Origin: a bacterium
GTDB lineage: Bacteria; JAMCPX01
Reading direction: 5' to 3'
Length of the DNA: 64,000 bases
Assembly: GCA_021792615.1 (NCBI GenBank)
Contig: JAJYUJ010000008.1
Span: 11,900-75,899 of the forward strand
Shown: positions 56,760 to 64,000 of the stretch, piece by piece
Numbering within the stretch: position 1 is the stretch's first letter
Layout: each line of letters begins with the position of its first letter
The notes under the pieces: generated by a model
The model's database searches: none
What the model saw: the letters and a program-made list of their open reading frames with translations, nothing else
Told to the model about the DNA's origin: nothing
Program-made: the position numbers and the translations under genes

Positions 56760-57860
56760 ATGTCTTTCGATACCAATACAAATGACGAACTTCTCTCCTG
56801 GATAGCGCTGAACCGGGTGGAAGGTGTCGGCAACATCTTCTATAAAAGGCTCATATCCGCATTCAGCAGCCCGCAGAAAGTGTTTTCGGCATCGTATGAC
56901 GAAATCAGGGAAATGGCGGGCATACCGGACGCGGTCGTCAACAGGATAAAGCACTTTGATGCGGTTGCTCCGGCAGAGGAAGAATTAAAAAGGATACAGC
57001 AGGAAGGCATAGATATAATAACCCTGTCTGACAAGCATTATCCCCCGCTTTTAAAACAGATAAACGACCCGCCGCCCTTTCTCTATGCCAAGGGACGGGT
57101 TGACATACTCACAGGATCCCCGTGCATTGCCATTGTCGGCACACGGTTTCCTTCTCCCTACGGAGAAGAGATTACCGCAGAGATCGCCCTGGCACTGGTC
57201 AAGCAAGGGGTTACTATCGTAAGCGGTATGGCAAAAGGTATAGATTCGGCGGCCCACAAAACAGCGCTGGAAAACCGGGGTACGACAATTGCCGTGTGGG
57301 GAACGGGGATAAACAGAGTTTATCCTGCCGAAAACCGGCAGCTTGCGCATGATATAGCGGACAAGGGCTTGATCCTGAGCGAATATCCTCTGGATACGCC
57401 TCCTCTGGACAAGAACTTCCCGGCACGCAACCGCATTATAAGCGGTCTGTCCCTTGCCGTAATTGTGACCGAGGCGTCTTTGAACAGCGGTACCATGATT
57501 ACGGTATCGCATGCGCTGGATCAGGGCAGGGATGTGTTTGCCGTTCCGGGACAGATCTATTCCATGATGAGCCAGGGCACGAACAGGCTCATCAAGCACG
57601 GGTGTGCCATGGTGGATTCAGTCGACAGTCTTGTGGCGGAGATCAAGGCGATCCTTCCATCGGAAAAAAAGAGCACGGCCGGTATGCCGGAATCGCACGC
57701 CGATGTCCTGTCCGTCCTGTCTTCCGATCCAATGGATCTTGATACCATCATTATACGATCGCAATTTGACACGGCCAAAGTAATGAGTATTCTTACTGAA
57801 ATGGAACTCAACGGAATTGTAAAACAATTACCGGGGAAAAGATTTATAAAAATGGAGTGA
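56760..57860 (+). CDS. dprA: DNA processing protein DprA (Smf)
   Basis: Rossmann-like core (IAIVGTRFPSPYGEE...SGMAKGIDSAAH) plus a C-terminal winged-helix domain. 366 aa. Confidence 0.9.
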   Translation: MSFDTNTNDELLSWIALNRVEGVGNIFYKRLISAFSSPQKVFSASYDEIREMAGIPDAVVNRIKHFDAVAPAEEELKRIQQEGIDIITLSDKHYPPLLKQINDPPPFLYAKGRVDILTGSPCIAIVGTRFPSPYGEEITAEIALALVKQGVTIVSGMAKGIDSAAHKTALENRGTTIAVWGTGINRVYPAENRQLAHDIADKGLILSEYPLDTPPLDKNFPARNRIISGLSLAVIVTEASLNSGTMITVSHALDQGRDVFAVPGQIYSMMSQGTNRLIKHGCAMVDSVDSLVAEIKAILPSEKKSTAGMPESHADVLSVLSSDPMDLDTIIIRSQFDTAKVMSILTEMELNGIVKQLPGKRFIKME

Positions 57861-60100
57861 ATATGCCGGCGAAAGCACAGAAAGAAAAATACCTGATTGT
57901 TGTAGAATCACCCGCTAAAACAAAGACCATAAAAAAGTTTCTGGACAGCGACTATGAAGTCGTCGCTTCCATGGGACATATCAAGGACCTGCCCAAGTCA
58001 AAGCTCGGCGTCGATACAAAAACATTTGCGGCCGAATATGAACTGCTGAAGACCAAGCTCAAGATCATAGCGGCAATAAAAAAGGCTGCAAAAAATGTGG
58101 GCACCGTGTACCTTGCTCCGGATCCGGACAGGGAGGGAGAGGCAATCGCCTGGCACATCGCGGATGAACTGAAAAAGCAAAACACAAAGCTCAGGATAGA
58201 GCGGGTGATGTTCAACGAGATCACCAAACAGGCTGTGCTCGAAGGCATTAAAAACCACGGGAAGCTCAACGAGAGGATGTACGATTCCTACCTCGCCCGG
58301 CGTATCCTCGACAGACTTGTCGGCTATCAGATAAGCCCTTTGCTCTGGGATAAGGTCCGCAGGGGGTTGAGTGCCGGCAGGGTCCAGTCCGTTGCAGTGC
58401 GGCTTATATGTGACCGCGAAAAAGAGCGGGAGGCGTTCGTTCCTCAGGAGTACTGGTCAATAGAAGGCTCGTTCATAACACCCGGTAAGGACGTTTTTGA
58501 GACAAAGCTCGCCGCTGTCGACGGCAAGGCCGTGGATATAAAAAACGGCGATACGGCACAAACCCTTGTACAAGAGATAAAAAAACAAAATTATAACGTT
58601 GCCGGTATAGAACAAAAGGAAAGGAAGTCCTACCCTGTGCCGCCGTTCATCACCAGCACGCTTCAGCAAGAATCCATAAAACGGCTCAGGTTTACGGCAG
58701 ACAGGACCATGAAGATAGCGCAGAAGCTGTATGAGGGCATCGAGCTCGGCAAGGAAGGCCACACCGCGCTGATAACCTACATGCGGACAGACTCGGTCAG
58801 GATAGCGGACGAGGCGTTGTCGAACGTCCGGGCATACATAAACACCGCATTCGGAAAAGACTATCTGCCCCAGTCTCCGAATGTGTATAAAAACAAAAAG
58901 TCAGCCCAGGATGCACACGAGGCCGTCAGGCCGACGCGGTTCGATCTGCCGCCGGACAAAGTAAAAAAATATCTTTCGGATCAGGAATATGCCCTGTACC
59001 GGTTGATCTGGGAACGGTTTGTGGCAAGCCAGATGACGCCTGCGGTGTTCAGACAGATGGTTGTGCAGATTAAGGGCGGCAGGTTTTTATTCAGGGCAAC
59101 GGGATCGACGCTCCTGTTCGACGGATATCTCAGGGTCTACGAAGAGCAGAGGGAGGAGTCGCTGCTGCCGGCACTGAACAATAACGATCCCCTGCAGTTA
59201 AAAGAGGTCGCACCGCACCAGCATTTTACGGAACCGCCTCCGCGGTATACCGAGGCATCCCTGGTAAAAGAACTCGAGGAAAAAGGCATCGGCAGGCCAT
59301 CCACGTATGCAACAATACTCTTTACCATCCAGCAAAGGGGGTATGTCGTCAAAGACGAGGGAAGGTTTAAGCCCACGGAGCTCGGAAATATTGTTACCGA
59401 GATGCTGATAAAGAATTTCCCGCAGATCATGGATATAGGGTTTACTGCGGATATGGAGGACAAGTTAGACAACGTGGAAGAGGGCAATACCAATTATATC
59501 GAACTGCTCAAGGCGTTCTACAAGACATTCGCACAACTGCTCGTGAAGGCCGGAAAACAGATGAAAAACATGAAGGCAACCGAAGAAAAAACGGACATCA
59601 AATGCGAAAAATGCGGATCGCCCATGGTCATAAAGTGGGGACGCAACGGCATGTTCCTCGCGTGTTCGAATTATCCGGAATGCAAAAATACGAAAAACTT
59701 CAAAAGGGATGAGAACGGCGCGATAACCGTGATCGAGAACGAGAAGTCGGATTTAAAATGCGAATTATGCGGCGGTTCCATGCTGATAAAGCGAACCAGG
59801 TCGGGTGCACGGTTCCTCGCGTGCGAGAACTACCCGAAATGCAAAAACACGAAGTCCTATGCCATAGATGTCAAATGTCCCGAGTGCGGCGGTGCTGTCG
59901 CAGAGCGCTCGACGAAAAAGGGAAGGCTTTTTTACGGATGCACCAATTATCCGAAGTGTCATTTTGTATCCTGGAATAAACCGGTAAACAAGGTGTGCCC
60001 GAAATGCGGATCGAAGTATCTTATAGAGAAGTACACCCAGAAAGACGGGGTTGTGATCGCATGTCCGAACAAGGACTGCGGGTATGTCGAAAAGAAGTAG
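57857..60100 (+). CDS. topA: DNA topoisomerase I
   Basis: 747 aa with a TOPRIM N-terminus (LIVVESPAKTKTI), active-site Tyr region (TYMRTDS) and four C-terminal CxxC...CxxC zinc ribbons. Confidence 0.96.
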   Translation: MNMPAKAQKEKYLIVVESPAKTKTIKKFLDSDYEVVASMGHIKDLPKSKLGVDTKTFAAEYELLKTKLKIIAAIKKAAKNVGTVYLAPDPDREGEAIAWHIADELKKQNTKLRIERVMFNEITKQAVLEGIKNHGKLNERMYDSYLARRILDRLVGYQISPLLWDKVRRGLSAGRVQSVAVRLICDREKEREAFVPQEYWSIEGSFITPGKDVFETKLAAVDGKAVDIKNGDTAQTLVQEIKKQNYNVAGIEQKERKSYPVPPFITSTLQQESIKRLRFTADRTMKIAQKLYEGIELGKEGHTALITYMRTDSVRIADEALSNVRAYINTAFGKDYLPQSPNVYKNKKSAQDAHEAVRPTRFDLPPDKVKKYLSDQEYALYRLIWERFVASQMTPAVFRQMVVQIKGGRFLFRATGSTLLFDGYLRVYEEQREESLLPALNNNDPLQLKEVAPHQHFTEPPPRYTEASLVKELEEKGIGRPSTYATILFTIQQRGYVVKDEGRFKPTELGNIVTEMLIKNFPQIMDIGFTADMEDKLDNVEEGNTNYIELLKAFYKTFAQLLVKAGKQMKNMKATEEKTDIKCEKCGSPMVIKWGRNGMFLACSNYPECKNTKNFKRDENGAITVIENEKSDLKCELCGGSMLIKRTRSGARFLACENYPKCKNTKSYAIDVKCPECGGAVAERSTKKGRLFYGCTNYPKCHFVSWNKPVNKVCPKCGSKYLIEKYTQKDGVVIACPNKDCGYVEKK

Positions 60101-60182
60101 AACCCAGCATTCCCCTTATCAAGCTAATCATTACCCGCATCTTTTACTGGACGGATCAGAAGTGAAGTTATGATTGAAATGT

Positions 60183-60352
60183 CCCCCCTCTTAAGATAAG
60201 AGGGGGCAAGGGGGCGTTATGAGATTTATACGCAAGACCCAACATTTAAAGGAACAAGGTGTAATAAGGAATGATTAAAACCGTAACTTCCTTAATCCCT
60301 CTTAACCTAAGAGGGATAACGCAGGAGAATCCCCTGCTTAATCTCAGAGGAT
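60183..60352. repeat. Cluster of three related GC-clamped hairpins (CCCCTCTTAAG-a-TAAGAGGGG; ATCCCTCTTA-acc-TAAGAGGGAT; an imperfect third) in the topA-mutS spacer
   Basis: Read directly. Related in style, though not in loop sequence, to the CCCCCTGATAAGGGGG family. Confidence 0.55.
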
Positions 60353-60370
60353 ACAATCTAACGGATAACC

Positions 60371-62962
60371 ATGACTAAACCCCCGACTCCTTTAGTCCAG
60401 CAGTACCTTGAAATAAAATCCAGATATAAGGATGCGATCCTTTTTTACCGGCTCGGTGATTTTTACGAGATGTTTTTCGAGGACGCGGTTACCGCAGCAC
60501 CCGTCCTTGACCTGACCCTTACATCACGGCACAAGGACGTCGAAGACCCGGTACCCATGTGCGGCGTGCCGTATCATGCTGCAGCGCCGTACATAAAAAA
60601 GCTTTTGGATGCGGGATTCAAGGTTGCAATATGTGAGCAGCTCGAGGACCCTGCAAAGGCAAAGGGTATCGTAAAACGGGATGTCATACGGGTAGCAACA
60701 CCGGGACTTATCTATGATCCGGACATGCTTGAATCCAATCAAACTAACTATATTGCGGTACTTGAAGACTCGCCTGAAGGCTCCGGTGTCGCATTCTTCG
60801 AGCCGTCCACATCCGAACTTCTCTTAATGTCAACAGCGGATCCCGAGCAGATATTCTCGGAGATAAAAAAACTGATGCCGAAAGAGATAATCTATAAAGA
60901 CAAGCACCTGCCGATCCGGATTATCAACCTGTTCGGCGCGGAGGTCCCTTTTATTCTTACCCCGGTGACCGGGCAGCATTTTGCATGGGACACTCTGCAG
61001 GAAAGGGTCCTTGATATATGGGGCGGCCAGCTCACCGGTGCAGGTATTACGGACAACAGCATACTGTTATCCGTTACAGCCGCGTTGTTCCGGTATCTGG
61101 AAGACACCAAAACCCCTATCAGCAATATTACCATAAAGAGGGTGCTGCCCTCTCTCTACCTCTATATGGACAGTGCAACCATTCGTAACCTCGAGCTGTT
61201 CAATTCCATTATAGACGGTTCGGAGAAGATAAGCCTCGTCGGAGTCATGGATAAAACTATAACGCCCATGGGTGCACGCATGCTGCGTCATTATCTCCGG
61301 TTCCCGAGCGTATCCTCGCAGGAGGTTATAGCACGGCATGCTGTCGTGGAATATTTTTTCAACGAGCCGGTTGCACGCGCGGAGTTGAGGAACAGGTTGA
61401 AAGATGTAGGCGATATAGAAAGAATTGTTACCAAGGCGCACAACATGACCCTGACCCCGCAATCCCTGCAAAGGTTTGCCCTGTCCCTCGATGCCATGAA
61501 AGACGTCAAACAAATGATACGTAAAGACATACCCCTGCTTGCCGGGCTGTATGAATCCATGGACGAGCTGATGGATGTCCGGGCCTCGATCGCAGCTACA
61601 ATCGATCTGTCCGACGAGCAAAACGAACACGGCTGGTTTGTTCGTGCGGGTATCAATGCCCGGCTCGATGAGATAAAGCTGCTGGTGAAAGACACCAGGG
61701 GCTGGCTCAGGCGTTTCGAACAGGAAGAGCGCACGAGGACTGGCATCGGATCGCTCAAGGTAGGATACACAAGTGTTTTCGGATATTATATAGAGGTCAC
61801 CAGGCCGAACCTCCGTCTTGTGCCCGAGGATTATATACGGAAGCAGACCGTTGCAAACGGAGAACGGTTTATTACGCCAAAACTCAAGGAAATGGAGGTC
61901 AGACTGCTGAGTTCCGAAGAGCAGATAAAGGGTATCGAGGGCGGTTACCTGAGTACATTGAACGAAACGGTCTCAAAAAATGCATCTCGCATACTCATGT
62001 CTGCGTCCGCAATAGCCGCGGTCGATGTGCTGTCGGATTTTGCGGAGATCTCGGTAAGGAACAAATATGTCAAGCCCCTTGTCGATGACGGCGATGTCGT
62101 GGAATTAAAGGATGCCAGACACCCGGTCATAGAGCAGTACCTGAAGGGAGCTGCCTTCATACCCAACGACATTACATTAAACAGCACGGACAGGCAGATC
62201 GTCATCATCACAGGTCCGAACATGTCGGGTAAATCCACCATCATTCGGCAATCAGCCTTGATTGCGCTCATGGCACAGATGGGCTGCTTTGTGCCTGCAA
62301 CCTCTGCGCGGCTCGGTATTATCGACCGGATCTTCGCACGGGTAGGGGCATCGGATCATCTTGCTAAAGGACAGAGTACCTTTATGGTCGAGATGACCGA
62401 AACCGCAAATATCCTCAGCAGTGCTACAGGCAGGAGCCTGATTATCCTTGACGAGATAGGCAGGGGTACGAGCACGTACGACGGCATCAGCATTGCATGG
62501 GCGGTGCTCGATTACCTGGCGAACACCATAGGTGCAAAAACCCTGTTTGCAACGCATTACCATGAGCTGATCGAGTTCGGTCAGAGCCACCCCAAGGCCA
62601 TAAACCAGTCCATACCGGTCAAGCAGTGGCAGGGCAGGCTTATCTTTGTACGCAAGCTTATCGATGGAGGTTCAAGCGAGAGCTTCGGCATCGAGGTCGC
62701 TAAGATGGCAGGCCTGCCAAAGGACGTTATAGCCCTTGCACAGAGACTGCTCAAGAAACTGCAGGACGGCGAGATAGACAGCCTCGGCAGGCCTCGGCTT
62801 GCAGAGGGCGCGCAGTCGCACGCAGTGCAGTACGCGTTGTTCAAGCCTGATGATGCGAAGCTGTTCGAGATGCTCAAAACGGCAAATCCGGACCACATGA
62901 CGCCCCTTGAGGCGCTCCAGTTTCTGATGAAGGTAAAGGAGGCTATGGATGATAAGAAATAG
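60371..62962 (+). CDS. mutS: DNA mismatch repair protein MutS
   Basis: 863 aa with the N-terminal mismatch-binding region (GDFYEMF) and Walker A GPNMSGKST. Confidence 0.96.
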   Translation: MTKPPTPLVQQYLEIKSRYKDAILFYRLGDFYEMFFEDAVTAAPVLDLTLTSRHKDVEDPVPMCGVPYHAAAPYIKKLLDAGFKVAICEQLEDPAKAKGIVKRDVIRVATPGLIYDPDMLESNQTNYIAVLEDSPEGSGVAFFEPSTSELLLMSTADPEQIFSEIKKLMPKEIIYKDKHLPIRIINLFGAEVPFILTPVTGQHFAWDTLQERVLDIWGGQLTGAGITDNSILLSVTAALFRYLEDTKTPISNITIKRVLPSLYLYMDSATIRNLELFNSIIDGSEKISLVGVMDKTITPMGARMLRHYLRFPSVSSQEVIARHAVVEYFFNEPVARAELRNRLKDVGDIERIVTKAHNMTLTPQSLQRFALSLDAMKDVKQMIRKDIPLLAGLYESMDELMDVRASIAATIDLSDEQNEHGWFVRAGINARLDEIKLLVKDTRGWLRRFEQEERTRTGIGSLKVGYTSVFGYYIEVTRPNLRLVPEDYIRKQTVANGERFITPKLKEMEVRLLSSEEQIKGIEGGYLSTLNETVSKNASRILMSASAIAAVDVLSDFAEISVRNKYVKPLVDDGDVVELKDARHPVIEQYLKGAAFIPNDITLNSTDRQIVIITGPNMSGKSTIIRQSALIALMAQMGCFVPATSARLGIIDRIFARVGASDHLAKGQSTFMVEMTETANILSSATGRSLIILDEIGRGTSTYDGISIAWAVLDYLANTIGAKTLFATHYHELIEFGQSHPKAINQSIPVKQWQGRLIFVRKLIDGGSSESFGIEVAKMAGLPKDVIALAQRLLKKLQDGEIDSLGRPRLAEGAQSHAVQYALFKPDDAKLFEMLKTANPDHMTPLEALQFLMKVKEAMDDKK

Positions 62963-63094
62963 GATAAAATACGGTCATTGCGGGGAGCGATTTTGCGACG
63001 AAGCAATCTGCACGCACAAGGATTGCTTCACTATCGTTCGCAATGACGGGTATGCTGGTGTCATTGCGAGGAAGGAAAGACGAACCAATCTCTT

Positions 63095-63195
63095 TCCGCA
63101 TTTCCCCCTGATAAGGGGGCATCTCCCGTATCTCCCCCTGATAAGGGGGCATCTCCCGTATCTCCCCCTGATAAGGGGGATAAAGGGGGTTTAAA
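63095..63195. repeat. Tandem array of three 30-bp units (CATCTCCCGTATCT + hairpin CCCCCTGATAAGGGGG), ending ATAAAGGGGGTTT
   Basis: Hairpins at 63104-63119, 63134-63149 and 63164-63179, with an exact 30-bp period. The whole unit repeats with no unique spacers. Confidence 0.85.
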
Positions 63196-63198
63196 AAG

Positions 63199-63750
63199 AT
63201 GAAACCACAATTTATTCCTTATAATAAAGAATTAATTAAAAATGCTAAGGAAAACAGGAAAAATCCAACTGTAGCAGAGAAAAAACTGTGGCGTGATGTA
63301 CTTAGTAACAAGCAATTTACCTTGCATAAATTTACAAGACAAAAGCCTTTGGATAATTTCATAGTTGACTTTTACTGTTCCGAGCTTCTGTTAGTTATTG
63401 AAGTTGATGGCGACACGCATGCCAATCAGGAAGAATACGACAAACAACGCAGCAGAATTTTATTAGAAAAATACAATATCCAAGTCATAAGATACTACAA
63501 CAGTGAAGTATTAAAAAATATTGAAGGCATACGCACAGATTTACTTGAGAAAACAAAACAAAGAAAACAACAAATCAAACCAACCCCCCAGCCCCCCTTG
63601 TCAGGGGGGATAAGAAGGCTATCCTCAGACAAAGAAAAAAGCCTGGTTAAGGAGACTCCTCCGGGACAAGGGGCATCCCTTTCATCTCCCCCTGATAAGG
63701 GGGCATCTCCCGTATCTCCCCCTGATAAGGGGGATAAAGGGGGTTTATGA
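63199..63750 (+). CDS. DUF559 endonuclease-domain protein (Vsr-like PD-(D/E)xK fold). The C-terminal roughly 55 codons read through the downstream hairpin array.
   Basis: Core motifs TxxExxLWxxL...FxxQxxxxxxxVDFxxxxxxLxIExDGxxH...D..R...L...G. About 33% GC. The true protein probably ends near 63590. Confidence 0.75.
   Translation: MKPQFIPYNKELIKNAKENRKNPTVAEKKLWRDVLSNKQFTLHKFTRQKPLDNFIVDFYCSELLLVIEVDGDTHANQEEYDKQRSRILLEKYNIQVIRYYNSEVLKNIEGIRTDLLEKTKQRKQQIKPTPQPPLSGGIRRLSSDKEKSLVKETPPGQGASLSSPPDKGASPVSPPDKGDKGGL
63590..63750. repeat. Second hairpin array (CCCCCCTTGTCAGGGGGG, then two 30-bp units, then ATAAAGGGGGTTT), a direct repeat of the array upstream of the DUF559 gene
   Basis: 63718-63748 is identical to 63165-63195. 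Confidence 0.8.
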
Positions 63751-63770
63751 GAGAGGTTAAATGAAACTTT

Positions 63771-64000
63771 GTAAATCCCCCTACATTATCTATGCTGTGG
63801 TAATGCTTGTCCTGATTGCGGCAAGCAGGCTGGCCTTGTCCAGGCCGTACCTCGGCGTTATCGCTGCCGTAGTCTTCCTTTATATACCCATCGCCTTATT
63901 GTTTGTAAAAAAACAGGTTCCCGGGGTCTATGGCATAAGTAAAAAGGGTTTTGGGAAGTCCATAGCCAGGTCATTGCTCGCCGCCATCATACTATTCCCG
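63771..64000 (+). CDS. Membrane protein, N-terminal fragment (possibly CPBP/CAAX-protease-like); continues beyond the window end
   Basis: MKLCKSPYIIYAVVMLVLIAASRLALS..., two predicted TM helices. Truncated by the window. Confidence 0.35.

Noticed and set aside
61067-62590. - strand ORFs inside mutS (61067..61630, 61291..61770, 61945..62271, 62252..62590)
   Set aside because: Shadows of mutS.
62949-63194. ORF 62949..63194 (+) overlapping the mutS stop, and ORF 62943..63152 (-)
   Set aside because: Both are read-through translations of the tandem hairpin array. PYQGEI and PLIRGHLPYL are translations of the same repeat on the two strands.
63095-63195. Possible CRISPR array (regular 30-bp spacing of a palindromic repeat)
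   Set aside because: The entire 30-bp unit, hairpin plus the 14-bp inter-hairpin segment, is identical between copies. There are no unique spacers and only three copies, and no cas genes are nearby. It is a plain tandem repeat of a REP-like hairpin.

Overview
This 64 kb window is a bacterial chromosomal segment with roughly 50% GC in the housekeeping genes. Gene content and order (argJ and argBDF, hslVU-xerC, dprA-topA, ETF, thiolase/DUF35, rubrerythrin) suggest an anaerobic Gram-negative organism, possibly from the delta-proteobacterial/Nitrospira-like sphere, but the lineage cannot be fixed from sequence alone. The window spans the replication-initiation neighbourhood: mnmG ... lspA-ileS-mgsA-mnmE-[AT-rich spacer]-dnaA-dnaN. 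Other housekeeping genes are lpxK/lpxL, PBP1A, glmS/glmU, argB/argD/argF, hslVU, xerC, dprA, topA, mutS and a MoxR-DUF58-transglutaminase triad. Four things stand out. (1) A roughly 7 kb AT-rich segment (about 13.0-20.1 kb, 38-40% GC) sits between two tRNA genes (Arg-TCT, Pro-TGG) and lspA. It begins with a tandem duplication carrying a truncated tRNA-Pro copy. It holds two orphan antitoxin-like genes, one of them frameshifted in a poly-A run, and a four-gene operon of secreted proteins with no recognisable enzymatic domains: a HEAT-like protein, a 961-aa Cys/Asn/Thr-rich giant, a PQQ beta-propeller and an OmpA-like beta-barrel. This operon is the best candidate for an undescribed envelope or surface system. 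(2) A MITE-like family of about 230-270 bp elements has TTAACCCGAAAAATGCA terminal inverted repeats. There are four full copies and one mini copy. One copy supplies the stop codon of the enoyl-CoA hydratase gene, and two copies lie inverted around the antiporter-glmS-glmU-argF block. (3) A family of GC-clamped hairpin repeats (CCCCCTGATAAGGGGG and variants) forms direct tandem arrays around a very low-GC DUF559 endonuclease gene just after mutS, and also lies between xerC and hslV. (4) The dnaA-dnaN block, about 33-36% GC, is compositionally aberrant relative to its neighbours.
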